Positions 23,825-36,712 of a DNA stretch of 64,000 bases are shown one piece after another; the stretch's first letter is position 1; the number at the start of each line of letters is the position of its first letter. The stretch is from Squalus acanthias (taxonomy: Eukaryota). Both the position numbers and the translations under genes were made by a program. Below the pieces are notes generated by a model. It saw nothing but the letters and a program-made list of their open reading frames with translations. It ran no database searches and was not told the origin of the DNA. The stretch is from positions 57,166,001-57,230,000 of the forward strand of contig CM059432.1 in assembly GCA_030390025.1 (NCBI GenBank). The letters run 5' to 3'.

Positions 23825-26800
23825 ACCTGAGGACATTCAGGACATTCTGAGGGGGAGGGTGAACAGCCAGTGGGTATCAACGACATAGGTAGAAAGAGGG
23901 ATGAGATCCTGCAGGCAGATTTTCGGGAGCTAGGAATGAGATTAAAAAGCAGGACCTCAAAGGTAGTAATCTCCGGATTACTCCCGGTGCCATGTGCTAG
24001 TGAGTACAGAAATAGGAGGATAGAGCAGATGAATGCATGGCTGGAGAGGTGGTGCAGGAGGGAGGGCTTTAGATTCCTGAGGCATTGGGACTGTTTCTGG
24101 GGGAGGTGGGACCTGTACAAGCCGGATGGGTTGTACCTCAACAGGACTGGGACCAATATCCTTGCGGGGGGCGTTTGCTAGTGCTGTTGGGAAGGGTTTA
24201 AACTAGCTTAGCAGGGGGATGGGAACCTGAGAGTAGATTCAGAAGGGAGAGAAGCAAAGCTGGAAATGGAAGGCAGAAAATTAGTAAACGAGTTTGGAAG
24301 GCAGAGGAAACAAAGGCTAGAAAATAGACAACAAGGGAGTTTGGCAGTGCTAATTGGTATATACTTCAACGCAAGGAGTCTAGGGAATAAAGCAGATGAG
24401 CTGAGGGCACAGATAGACATGTGGGAGTATGATATTATAGCTATTACTGAGACATGGCTGAAAGAAGGGCAGGAATGGCAGCTCAGCATTCCTGGTTACA
24501 GGGTTTTCTGACGAGATAGAGAGGGGGATAAAAAAGGAGGGGGGGGGGTCGCAATATTGATTAAAGAAACAATTACAGCTGTGAGGAGGGATGATATCTT
24601 TGAAGGATGATCCAACGAGGCCATATGGGTTCAACTGAAAAGCAAAAAAGGGGCAATCCCTCTGCTGGGAGTGTACTATAGACCCCCAAACAGTCAGAGG
24701 GGGATAAAAGAGCAATAATGTAGGCAAATTTCTGAGACGTACAAAAGTAGGGCAGTAATAGTAGGGGATTTCAACTTCCCTAATATTAATTGGGATAAAA
24801 TTAGTTTGAAAGGTATAGAGGGAGCAGAATTCTTAAAATGCATTCAGAAGAACTTTTTTAGCCAGTACGAACAAGAGAGGGAGTGGTTCTGGACCTAGTT
24901 TTAGGGAATGACGCTGGGCAGGTGGAAAGGGTATCAGTGGGAGAGCATATTGGTGGTATTGATCATAATTCAGTTAGATTTAGCGTAGTTATGGAGATGG
25001 ACTAGGATATACCAGGAATAAAAGTTCTCAATTGGGGAAAAGCTAATTTTACTAAGCTGAGATGTGATTTATCCAAAGTGGACTGGAGACAGAAACTTGA
25101 AGGTATAAATATTGAACTCTCAAATGGGATAGTAGACTCGCTTTAAAGGGGCAAGGCAATTCTCGACTTCAGAGGCGGCTCTGTAAGTCTCCAACTCTTT
25201 GTACCTCGAGGATCAAAGGTATTTGATTTTGGTGGATATCCTGTAGAAAACTAAGAACTGTAAAACTGTAGCAAAGTTAAGATTTGAGTGTAGGTTCTCT
25301 GATAATAGAATTGTAAGCTTTCTCTTTTTGGAACTGTTAATGTTGCGATTGACTCACCAACTGTAAATTACATGTCAGTTCTTTAATAAATCTATATATT
25401 TTTAAAATTGTCTCACATAATACTTCTGTATCAAACTCACAAACTCAATCTCTGTACACTCTTTGGTGAGGAGTTGCAGAATTCTGGGGGAGTTTTCCGG
25501 ACCCTCATAATATCCGGAACGGTACAGTCTAGCTAAACTTATTAAAAGTGCTATCTGGAGGACGGTAACATTTTCAGGTTGTTCCTTTCCTTTAGGGAGA
25601 GATGGTCCAGATCTTTAGACACAATTAAGCGTCTTTAGGATTCGGCGACCTTAAACTTTAGTTGAAAGTGAACGTCTGAGGAATACGTCTGATCTGGGGT
25701 AGCCCTAAAGGGGCTAGGACTAGTAATTATCCCTTCAACCGAGGGCTCAATACTGTAGAAACCCTAGTGGAGTATAGAAAGTGCAGGGGTGAAATTAAAA
25801 AAGGAAATTAGGAAAGCAAAGAGTGGGCATGAAAAAATATTGGCAAGTAAAATCAAGGAAAACCCAAAGATGTTATACAAATATATTAAGAGCAAGAGGA
25901 TAACTAAAGTAAGAGTAGGGCCTATTAGGGACCATAAAGGTAACCTGCATGTGGAGGTGGAAGACATGGGTATGGTTCTTAATGAATAATTTGCGTCTGC
26001 TTTCACAAAGGACAGGGACAATGCAGAAATTGCAATCAGGGAGGAGGAGTGTGAAATATTAGATGAAATAAACATAGTGATTGGATAGGCTGGGGTTGTT
26101 TTCTTTGGAACGGTGGAGGCTGAGGGGAAGTATTAAGGGGTTTAGCATCTTTGAAAGTGGATAAATCCCCAGGCCCGGATGAAATGTATCCCAGACTGTG
26201 AAGAGAAGTAAGGGAAGAAATAGCAGAGGCTCTGACCATCATTTTCCAATCCTCTCTGGCTACAGGTGTGGTGCCGGAGGACTGGAAGATTGCTAATATG
26301 GTACCATTGTTTAAAAAGGGAGAAAGGGATAGACCAAGTAATTACAGGCCAGTCAGCCTAACCTCGGTGGTGAAAATTATTGGAAAAAATTCTGAGGGAC
26401 AGGATAAATCTTCATTTAGAAAGACAGGGATTAATCAGGAACAGTCAGCATGGATTTGTTAAGGGAAGGTTGTGTCTGACTAACTTGATTGAATTTTTTG
26501 AGGAGGTAACAAGGAGGGTCGATGAGGGTAGTGCATTTGATGTAATCTATATGGATTTTAGCAAAGCTTTTCATAAGGTCCCGCATGGCAGACTGGTCAC
26601 AAAGTAAAAGCCCATAGGATCCAAGGCAAAGTGACAAGTTGGATCCGAAATTGGCTCAGAGGCTGGAAACAAACGGTAATGGTCGAAGGGTGTTTTTGTG
26701 ACTGGAAGGCTGTTTCCAGTGGCGTTCCGCAGGGCTCAGTACTGGGTCATTTGCTTTTTGTGGTATATATCAATGACTTAGACTTGGATGTAGGAAGTAT

Positions 26801-27733
26801 GATTAAGAAGTTTGCAGATGATACAAAAATTGGCCGTGTGATTGATAATGAAGAAGAAAGCTGTAGACTGCAGCAAAATATCAATGGATTGGTCAGGTGG
26901 GCAGAACAGTGGCAAATGGAATTCAATCTGGAGAAGTGTGAGGTAATGCAGTTGGGGAGGGCTAACAAGGCAAGGGAATACACAATAAATGGTAGGACAC
27001 TGAGAAGTGCAGAGGATCAGAGGGACCTTGGAGTGCCTGTCCACAGATCCCTGAAGGTAGCAGGACAGGTAGATAAGGCGGTTAAGAAGGCATACGGGAT
27101 ACTTGCCTTTATTAGCTGAAGCATAGAATATAAGAGCAGGGAGGTTATGCTTGAACTGTATAAAATACTAGTTAGGCCGCAGATGGAATACTGCGTGCAG
27201 TTCAGGTCACCACATTACAGGAAGGATGTGATTGCACTAGAGAGGGTGCAGAGGAGATTTACGAGGATATTGCCTGGGCTGGGGAATTTTAGCTATGAGG
27301 AAAGATTGGATAGGCTGGGGTTGTTTTCTTTGGAACGGTGGAGGCTGAGGGGAGACCTAATTGAGGTGTATAAAATTATGAGGGGCCTAGATAGAGTGGA
27401 TAGGAAGGACCTATTTCCCTTAGCAGAGGGGTCGAAACCAGGGAGCATAGATTTAAAGTAATTGGTTGGAGGTTTAGAGGGGATTTGAAGAGAAATTTTT
27501 TCACTCAGTGGGCAGTGGGGGTCTGGAACTCACTGCCTGAAAGGGTGGTGGAGGCAGAAACCCTCATCACATTTAAAAAGTACTTGGATGTGCACTTGAA
27601 GTGCCGTAACCTACAAGGCTACGGACCAATGTTGCAAAGTAGGATTAGGCTGGATAGTTTTTTGTCGGCCAGCATGGACAAGATGGGCTGAATGGCCTCC
27701 TTCTGTGCTGTAAATTTCTATGATTCTATGATT
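23825..27733 (+). mobile_element. CR1 LINE (ORF1 C-terminus, EN, RT, tail) inserted into the Penelope element
   Basis: GINDIGRKRDEILQ (ORF1), FNARSLGNK...ITETW (EN), KFADDTK (RT), (ttctatga) tail. TSD CAAACA at 23819-23824 and 27734-27739. Confidence 0.92.
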
Positions 27734-28672
27734 CAAACACATCTTCCCCTCCCCTCCCCTTTCAGTATTCCGAAGGGACCACTCCCTCTGCGACACCCTG
27801 GTCCACTCCTCTATCACCCCCAACACCCACTCCCCTTCCCACGGCACCTTCCCGTGCAAGCGCAGGAGATGCAACACCTGCCCTTTTACCTCCTCCCTTC
27901 CCACTGTCCAGGGCCCTAAACACTCCTTCCAGGTGAAACAGTGATTTACTTGTACTTCTTGCAATTTAGTATATTGCATTCGCTGCTCACGATGCGGTCT
28001 CTACCCTGGGGAGACCAAACGCAGATTGGGTGACCGCTTTGCAGAACACCTCCGTTCAGTCTGTAAGCGTGACCCCGAGCTTCCGGTCGCCTGTCACTTT
28101 AATTCTCCGCTCCACTCCCACTCTGACCTCTCCGTCCTCGGCCTATTACACTGTTCCAACGAAGTTCAACGTAAGCTCAAGGAACAGCACCTCATCTTCT
28201 GATTAGGCACTTTACAGCTTCTGGACTCAACATCGAGTTCAACAATTTCAAACCATAACCTCGGCCCCTATTTTTTAATTAATTCATTTATTTTCTCTCA
28301 CATGGCTGCTGTTGATGATTCTGCCAGTGCTATTTATACCTCATCTAGAGTCATCTTTTGTTTCTTAACTTGTCCCATTACCAACTCCTTTTGCCTTGCA
28401 CCATCATCCCTTCTGTCTTTTAATCTCTCCTGCCTTCCATCCTATCACAGACCTTCCCTTTTGTTCTTTCCTCCCCTGCTCCCTTTCCCTGCCCCTACAC
28501 TTGCTTAAAAATCTGTTACATCTCTAACTTTTTCCATTTCTGAAAAAGGGTCACAGACCTGAAACATTAACTCTGTTTTTCTCTCTCCACAGATGCTACC
28601 TGACCTGCTGAGTGTTTCCAGCATTTTCTGTTGTTATTTCAGATTTCCAGCATCTGCAGTATTTTGCTATTG
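27734..28672 (+). mobile_element. Penelope-like element, right part: GIY-YIG endonuclease region and 3' terminal repeat
   Basis: FTCTSCNLVYCIRCSRCG...GETKRRLGDRFAEHLRSV at ~27945-28060. It continues the sequence broken at 23824. Terminal motif agatgctacctgacctgctgag. Confidence 0.88.
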
Positions 28673-29326
28673 GATACTGTTATATCTGTGTACACTAGGA
28701 GTAAAACGTTTCAAAATATGCAAATATATTTTAAAGAATTGAAAACCAAGCCACTTGACCTATGAGAAATTTCCCTTTCTTAATTAAATGTTGATTGAAG
28801 TTGCGAGCTGTTCTTCGGTGAAAGGAGGAGAGAATGATGGATCAGTAGCAGGCAGTGCACACTTGCCTTGCAGCTGCCCTTCTGAAGCTAGGAAATAGGT
28901 TTCTATTTGAAGCAGGCATACGCTTAGTGCTCCAGAAGCAGTTGTACATGAGAAGGTGAGCCCAAATTAGATTAACACCGACCAACAATTACCTATTAAC
29001 ACCGATCAGTGACTCTTTGGTTGATGTAGCTCATTATCAAGTGCTTTGGATGCCCATACAATAATCTGAAAGGAAAAGCAAAACTGGACTTTGCTCTTAT
29101 ACCCAGGGCAGATTATGGCTTTATATGAGATAGCGGAACATCGTAAGGCTCAAGGAAAACCCACATACATGTTTTCATCAATTTTCGTAAGGCTTTTGAT
29201 GTAATGCCTTATGTAACGCACATAAAGAAGCCACAAGCTATGGAAACACATGGCCAAATCTTAGCTGTTATCCAGGATGTAGATTCCAGCTTCAAGACGG
29301 GAGGCTCATTAAAACTATCTCGCTTG

Positions 29327-29772
29327 GTGTCAGCCAGTGGCTCAGTTGGTAGCATTCCCTCCTCTGAATCAGAAGGTTGTGGGTTCAAGTCCCACTCCAG
29401 AGACCTGAGCACAAAAATCTAGGCTGACACTCCAGTGCAGTACTGAGGGAGTGCTGCACTGTCAGAGGTGCTGTCTTTCAGATGAGATGTTAAACCGAGG
29501 CCCCGTCTACCCTCTCAGGTGGATGTAAAAGACCCTATGGCACTATTCTTAAGAAAAGCAGGAGAGTTATCCCCGGGGTCCTAGCCAATAGTTATCCCTC
29601 AATCAACATCACTAAAAAACAGATTATCTGGTCATTATCACATTGCTGTTTCTGGGAGCTTGCTCTTCGCAAATTGGCTGCCGCATTTCCTACATTGCAA
29701 CAATGACTACACTTCAAAAAAAGTACTTCATTGGCTGTAATGCGCCTTGGGACGTCCGGTGGTCTGAAAAGA
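29327..29772 (+). mobile_element. tRNA-derived SINE with a Deu-domain-like body (SacSINE1/AmnSINE1-like by recognition)
   Basis: A box tggctcagttgg and B box ggttcaagtcc; central tttcagatgagatgttaaaccgaggcccc...gtcctagccaa; three long copies in the window. Confidence 0.8.
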
Positions 29773-30156
29773 TGAGTGAGACAAAGTTGTCCAGAGCTAC
29801 CCATCATATTCGAAGTCCTCATTAATGATGTATTGGATGGCATGGTTAGGGATGGTTTCAGTGTGTCTTTTCTAGTTATTTCGAAGGAATTGCAATGCTA
29901 CTTTATACAAATGATATTGTACTGTCGTGGATTCATTCATATATATAAGGTGCTCCCTCCTTCATTTGAACGATAATGGAATACGCTGATGGGGTCCTAG
30001 TGATGCCAACTTTAGCCTGCACACAGTCTTTGGGACCTCACTGAGATGGGGCAAATAGGAATTTGACCTTTTTTGTCTTCTTTCAATGACTTCAAAGTCC
30101 CAAAACAGGTTAAGCTTGTTGTGTATAGTATGTCCAAACCGTTCTCCTTCATTAAA

Positions 30157-31080
30157 CTAAACTAGGAGGGGGGGTGGGCTCAGAGGAGGAGACCAGGAAG
30201 CTCCAGAGCGATTTGGACAGACTGGGTGATTGGGCGGATAAATGGCAGATGCACTATAATGTGGACAAGTGCGAAGTTATCCACCTTGGGTGCAGGAACG
30301 GGAGGGCAAATTATTATTTAAATGGCAATAAATTGGGAGAGGGGGAAGTACAGAGAGACCTGGGTGTTCTTGTACACCAGTCACTGAAGGCAAGCATGCA
30401 GGTGCAACAGGCGGTCAAGAAGGCAAACGGTATGCTGGCCTTCATAGCAAAAGGGTTGGAATACAGGAACAGGGATACCTTGCTGCAGCTGTACAGGGCA
30501 CTGGTGAGACCACACCTCGAGTACTGTGTACAGTTTTGGTCGCCTCATCTGAGGAAAGATGTTCTTGCCATGGAGGGGGTGCAGCGGCGATTCACCAGGC
30601 TGATACCAGGAATGGCGGGATTGACCTATGAGGAGAGACTATGTAGTTTAGGGATGTACACACTGGAGTTTAGAAGATTGAGAGGGGACCTCATAGAAGT
30701 GTATAAAATTCTGACAGGTCTAGACAGACTAGATGCAGAAGGAATGTTTCCCTTGGCGGGTGAGAACAGAACTAGAGGACATAATTTAAGGATAAGGGCT
30801 AAACCATTTAGGACAGAAATGAGGGGGAATTTCTTCACTCAGAGGGTGGTGAACCTGTGGAACTCATTGCCACAGAGGGCAGTGTACGCCAGCTCATTAA
30901 ATATATTTAAGAGGGAATTAGATATATTTCTACAGGCAAAAGGGGTTAAGGGTTACGGAGAGAAGGCGGGGACGGGATACTGAATTGGAGGATCAGCCAT
31001 GATCTCATTAAATGGCGGAGCAGGCTCGAAGGGCCGGATGGCCTACTCCTGCTCCTATCTTCTATGTATATGTATCTATG
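30157..31080 (+). mobile_element. 5'-truncated CR1 with an intact ORF2 C-terminal frame
   Basis: ORF 30174..30983 ending GYGEKAGTGY; 3' ggcctactcctgctcct followed by a (tatg) tail. Confidence 0.9.
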
Positions 31081-31112
31081 TATTATTCAGGACTCCGGGG
31101 CATGCAATGAAG

Positions 31113-31710
31113 GTGTCAGCCTTACCCTAGAAGTAACATTTTTGTCTCTAAGACAGAAGGTTGTGTGTTTAAATCCCCTCCGGAGACTTGAACACATAGG
31201 CCAGGAAATTCCTCGGTGCTGCTCTTGCTCTGCTGACGTTACTTCACCGTGTAACCAGGGTTTCCGCTGCACTTCTGGTGAAGTAACTCTGGTGGAGCAG
31301 GAGCAGCTCTGAAGAATTTCTCGGCCATAATCTAGGCTGACAATTCAGTGCAGTACTGACGGAGTCCTGCACTGTTGATGATGCTATCTTTCAGATAAGA
31401 TGTTAAACTAAGGCTCCCTCTCCCTGCTCAAGGTGGACATAAAAGATCCCTCAATATTATTTGATGAGGAGTAGGGGAATTCCCCCGGTGTCCTGATAAA
31501 TATTTGTCCCTCAAGCAACAACACTAAAACAAATTGTATGGTCACTTATCTCAGTGCTGTTTGTGGGACTTTGCTGTGCACTAATTGGCTGCTGCATTTG
31601 TCTACATTACAACAGTGACTACGCTTCAAAAGTAATTCATTGGCTGTAAATGATTTGGCACATCCTGAGTATGTGAAAGGTGCTATATAAATGCAAATTC
31701 ATTCTTTTTG
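31113..31710 (+). mobile_element. Second, more diverged Deu-like SINE copy, interrupted by a MITE
   Basis: Colinear with 29327..29772 and ends in gtgaaaggtgctatataaatgcaa. Confidence 0.8.
31199..31326. mobile_element. 128-bp palindromic Harbinger-type MITE
   Basis: ggccaggaaattc ... gaatttctcggcc; inner inverted arms (gttacttcacc / ggtgaagtaac); ATA on both sides; the SINE rejoins across it. Confidence 0.85.
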
Positions 31711-32337
31711 TTTTTTTAAATCATGTTCAAGGTCTAGTCCCAAGATGTGAGTGGGATTTGTGCCAAAAATGTTTCCAGAGAAAGAAGGCTTCAGCCTACA
31801 CCATCCCATCACTGAGCATCCTGAGCAGGTGAGGGGATTTTTTGCCCAAGCCCCTCACAGTAGCATCTGGCTTAATCAGCTATTGATGAGTAAGCCCGCT
31901 ATGCGGCATTGGATTGGACGTTCTGAACATCAAGGTGGATGTTGCCTCACAAGCTGTGCTAAGTAGCTTCTTCTCCTAACACTGAAAGTGGATACATATC
32001 ATATAGCTGATGATGAAACTCTATGACTTGGAAGGCCATGTGTGGCAATACATGGTCATCCATCAAGGGTTTGGTACCTATCATGAATAGGTTGTAGAGA
32101 GCCATGCTAGCTGCTGCTGAAGTTCCACCCCAACAACTGGTGTAACCACCAATAAATAGGATATGCTATGTGCCCATGCTGTGATCAGGAGGAAGGTGAT
32201 AATACTCACACACTTTATGGTGACTTGCGAATTTCACCATGCCATGTGAGGGGTCTCTTTCTGGGTCAATATGGTATTAAGATAGCATGCTTGGTAATAG
32301 AAGATTGGAATTGAGTCCACCCTCCATTAGTACTGAA

Positions 32338-33518
32338 GTGAGGTGAGAGTGACTGCCCTTGGCATTAAGGCAGCATTTAACCGAGTGTGGCATCAAGGAG
32401 CCTTAGTAAAACTGAAGTCAATGAGAATCTGGGGGAAAACTCTCCACTGGCTGGAGTCATACCTAGCACAAAGGAAGATGGTTGTGGTTGTTGGAGGTCA
32501 ATTATCTCAGCCCCAGGACATTGCTGCAGGAGTTCCTCAGGGCAGTGTCCTAGGCCCAACCATCTTCAGCTGCTTCATCAATGACCTTCTCTCCATCATA
32601 AGGTCAGAAGTGGGGATGTTCATTGAAGATTGCACAGTGTTCAGTTCCATTCGCAACTTCTCAGATAATGAAGCAGTTCGTGCCCACATGCAGCAGGATC
32701 TGGATGACCTTGAGGCTTGGGCTGATAAGTGGCAAGTGGCATTCGCGCCACACAAGTGCCAGGCAATGACTATCTCCAGTAAGAGAGAATCTAACCACAG
32801 CCCCTTGACATTCAATGGCATTACCATCACCGAATTCCCCATCATCGACATCCTGGGGGAATCGCCATTGACCAGAAACTTAACTGGACCAGCCACATAA
32901 ATACTGTGGCCACAAGAACAGGTCAGAGGCTGGGTATTCTGCGGTGAGTGTCTCATCTCCTGACTCCCCAAAGCCTTTCCACCATCGACAAGGCACAAGT
33001 CATGAGTGTGATGGAATACTCTCCACTTGCCTGGATGAGTGCAGCTCCAACAACACTCAAGAAGCTCAACACCATCCACGACAAAGCAGCCCGCTTGATT
33101 GCCACCCCATCCACCAACTTAAACATTCATTCCCTCCACCAGCGGCGCACCGTGATTGCAGTATGTACCATCTACAAGATGCACTGCAACAACTCGCCAA
33201 GGCTTCTTCGACAGCACCTCCCAAACCCGAAACCTCTACCACCTAGAAGGACAAGGGTAGCCGACACATGGGAACAGCATTACCTCCAAGTTCCCCTCCA
33301 AGTCACATACCATCCTGACTTGGAAATATATCACCTTTCCTTCATTGTCGCTGGGTCAAAATCCTGGAACTCCCTCCCTAACAGCACTTTGGACGTACCA
33401 CTCGGACTGCAGCGGTTCAAGAAGGCTGCTCAACACCACCTTCTCAAGGGCAATTAGGGTTGGGCAATAAATGCTGGCCTTGCCAGCGATGCTCACATCC
33501 CAAGAATGAAATAAAAAA
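32338..33518 (+). mobile_element. Second copy of the CR1-group (Zenon/Crack-like) LINE, 5'-truncated
   Basis: [34 protein letters not shown]; same 3' hairpin as 17145-17190. Confidence 0.87.
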
Positions 33519-34454
33519 TTTATCTAAACCACACAAGTCTGCAATACTAGTGATAAATCACCAGCCTTCCTGACTCATTAATGGAGCCTGGAGGAATAGG
33601 TTGGTTACTGGGGGCTGGTATTTTTTCCTGCATTTGGGGTCTCACGTGGGAGATCATGACCACCACCTCACATATTATGGACATACTGCTCTCGCTCCAC
33701 CTCTGTAACTTTACCAGAAGTGTGAGGGAAACCCAGTTTACACACATAAACAGAGTTTCCAGAGAAGTTATGGTGGTGGAGCAAAGTAGCTCCACGGAAA
33801 TTCCTAGCCAATATCTATAGGATTGTTAGCTGCTTACCTAGAGCAGGGCATATTGAGGAAAGGATAGAAGATATACTGAAGAGGACAGGAAGAATCCTGG
33901 TGGTGGTAGCCCATGTGGGGTTAAAGGATACAGAGAGAAATAATTTAGGAGTCTTAAAAGACACTTACACTAGGATTGCCTCCAAACTCAAAGATGGAGG
34001 ATGCAAGGTAATGTTCTCTGATATACTTTCAGTGTTTGGGAAAGGAGAAGAATTCATCAAGAAAACTAAGGATGCAAATGAATGGCTGGTATCACGATGT
34101 AAAAACAGCAATGTAATGTTCATAAATACTGGGGATATTTTCAAAACAATAAAGACTGGTAAAGGAGAGACAGGCTGGACCTAAACCAAATAGGAACAAA
34201 GAGATTTGTAAGTAACATTAAAGCAAAAATCAAGATTGATTTAAGCTAGGTACATGGCGGGAAAAGGCAGGATCCCAGGTGAGACTGAATGTAGAGTAGT
34301 AGGTAGTCAGAAAATGGGTATGGATACAGGAAATCAGACACACATACATGAACCAGTGACCAGGAAAAGGCAGATATTGGGAAGCCAGATAGGAGGCAAA
34401 TCAATATTAAGATCTTCTATATACAATTGCTAGTAGCACTAGAAGTAAAGAAAA

Positions 34455-34550
34455 AAAGATAGAACTTGTATTTCTATAGCGCCTTTCATGACCTCAGGAC
34501 ATCCCAAAGCACTTTACAACCAATGAAGTAGTCACTGTTGTAATGTAGGA
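34455..34550 (-). mobile_element. SINE/L2-type 3' tail fragment
   Basis: aacttgtatttctatagcgcctttcatgacctcaggacatcccaaagcactttacaaccaatgaagta matches the SINE tail at 55089-55165. Confidence 0.7.
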
Positions 34551-35749
34551 TGTAGGATCTGGAGACCGTTGTGGCAGTAGGGAACGTTGTAGGAATAAGC
34601 AAATATCAGAAACTTGCCTAATTCCAGAGCATGTTAATGAATATACCATTCAGGGTTGTAAATTTCTCAGAAAAGATAGAGCAGACAGAAAATGAGGTGA
34701 TGTAGCCATATATGCCAAAAAAAATTGTAGGTATAAATACAAAACAGACTACTGTGGGTAGATATTTCTAACATGGAGACCTCTAAGTTAAAGCTAGACT
34801 TCCAGGTCAGCATAAGAAGGAAGGTCGTTTGCTCTATGAAGAGATTAGAAGGGAATATGAGAACAGGAAATATATTTTAATGGGTGACTTAATCAACCTA
34901 AGATAAATTGGGAAATGGCACACCTAGGGGACAATAACCCCAGACTGATAATGTTTAAGATGTTCTGGGATCCGGAAATACCAAAGACCAGGAGCCAGGT
35001 ACATAACATTAAAAGAACTAATTTCAAACAAATAAGGCCGTAACTTAAACAAATTGATTGGGGAAGGTTGTTCAGTAACACTTAAGTAGAGGACATAATG
35101 TTGAGCACACAGGATACATACACACCTACCCAGCAAGCTCAGACTAAGTAGGCATGATGCAGAATGGATTAATGAATCAAAAGAAGTTGAAAAAAAAATA
35201 CGAAAATTAGTAGACTCAATGCTCAAAATGTCTAACCAATGCAGAGCAGTAATCAACAAAGCCAATAGAATAGTGAACTAAAACAATAGAATATAACTCA
35301 GAGGAAGTTGTAATCAAATTGTGGAGTACTTTGTTCAGACTGCATCTTTAGTACTGTGTCCAGTTCTGGGCACCAAGACACAGGGGAGATATTCACTGCC
35401 TGGAGACTGCAAAGAAGAACCACAAAGCTAATCCCCTGTCTTTGAGGTCTCAGTTATAAGGAAAAAACAAGGAAACTTGAGCTCTTTAGCCTTGAAATGA
35501 GACTGAACAACCTCCCCCAATCAATTTGTTTAAGTTATGGCCTTATTTGTTTGAAATTAGTTCTTTTAATGTTATGTACCTGGCTCCTGGTCTTTGAGAT
35601 TTTAGAGGTATACAAGATAATAAATAGTATGGAAAAGGTAAATCTGGAAAATTACTATGAATTAAACTGAGAGTAAATCAAGGGGTCACAGGTTTAAACT
35701 AGCAAAAGGCAAAAAGTGATCAACATGAAATGGAATCTCAGATAGAGTA

Positions 35750-35900
35750 CAGAATCATAGAACCATAAAATGGTTACAGCACGGAAGGAGGCCATTTGGC
35801 CCGTCGAGCCTGTGCTGGCTCTCTGCATGAGCACTTCAGCTAGTCCCACTCCCCTGCCCTACCATGTAGCCCTGCAAATTTTTCCTTCAGTTACTTATCC
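35750..35900 (-). mobile_element. Short CR1 3'-end fragment
   Basis: Nearly identical to 497-637. Confidence 0.8.
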
Positions 35901-35967
35901 TGAATAGTGGACATCAGAACCCTGGATTCATTTAAGAACCAGTTGGATGCACCAATAAGGGGACATT

Positions 35968-36712
35968 GGCCCGGATTTTGTGGTGGTAATGATGCCGAAA
36001 CTGTCAGCGTTCACCGTCAATAACCCTCTGAAACTGACATAACTTCAGGATTTAGCGCATGCGCAGATAAATGCGGAAATCCTGAAGTTGTGGTCAGTCA
36101 TTCACTGCTCCGCCACAGGCTGCGTTTTGGAACTCCCTATAGCCGGCAATCAGTGAAATCACTTGAACTGATGAAAACTTCCCATTTTTCACTCTAATAT
36201 CGCTGTTAAACACCCCATAAAAAGTTAGGCCTCTTTGAAATAGGTGTAACTGGGGTTTTAATGGCATATTGACTGCTGAACAACTGTACTGGCCCTGAAA
36301 ATCTAATTTTATATTTGTGGAATGTGAAATTTCTCCATTAAGAAAAAAATTACTAGATTTTTAAAATAATAAAAAATATTATTTAAATTTTGTTTTAAAG
36401 CTTATTTATGATGTTTCAGCTTCTACCTTTACCCCATGTGTATGTCCCAATCTTTATTTCACTCTGTAATTTTTTTTAAAAGTGAATCAGTGCTTTTATT
36501 TCCTGGTTTGCTGTCTGTGAGAATTCTTCAATGTGATTGGCTGCTTAGACAGCTTGATGACATCACTGCTGCTATACGCTGGAGATTCCCTTTTGACAAC
36601 GTTACAATCAAATTAGTGTCAAGAAAGTTAAATCGCGAGATCTTTGTGGGCAGCTTTCTTCGAGGTCAGTGGTGATCACCGTCGCTTCACTGCTGACCAC
36701 AAATTCCAGGCC
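35968..36712. mobile_element. Harbinger-type MITE (family A)
   Basis: TIRs ggcccggattttgtggt / accacaaattccaggcc; ATT on both sides. Confidence 0.88.

Noticed and set aside
29327..29400. Functional tRNA gene
   Set aside because: The A/B boxes run directly into a repeated SINE body found in several copies; no clean acceptor stem or terminator.
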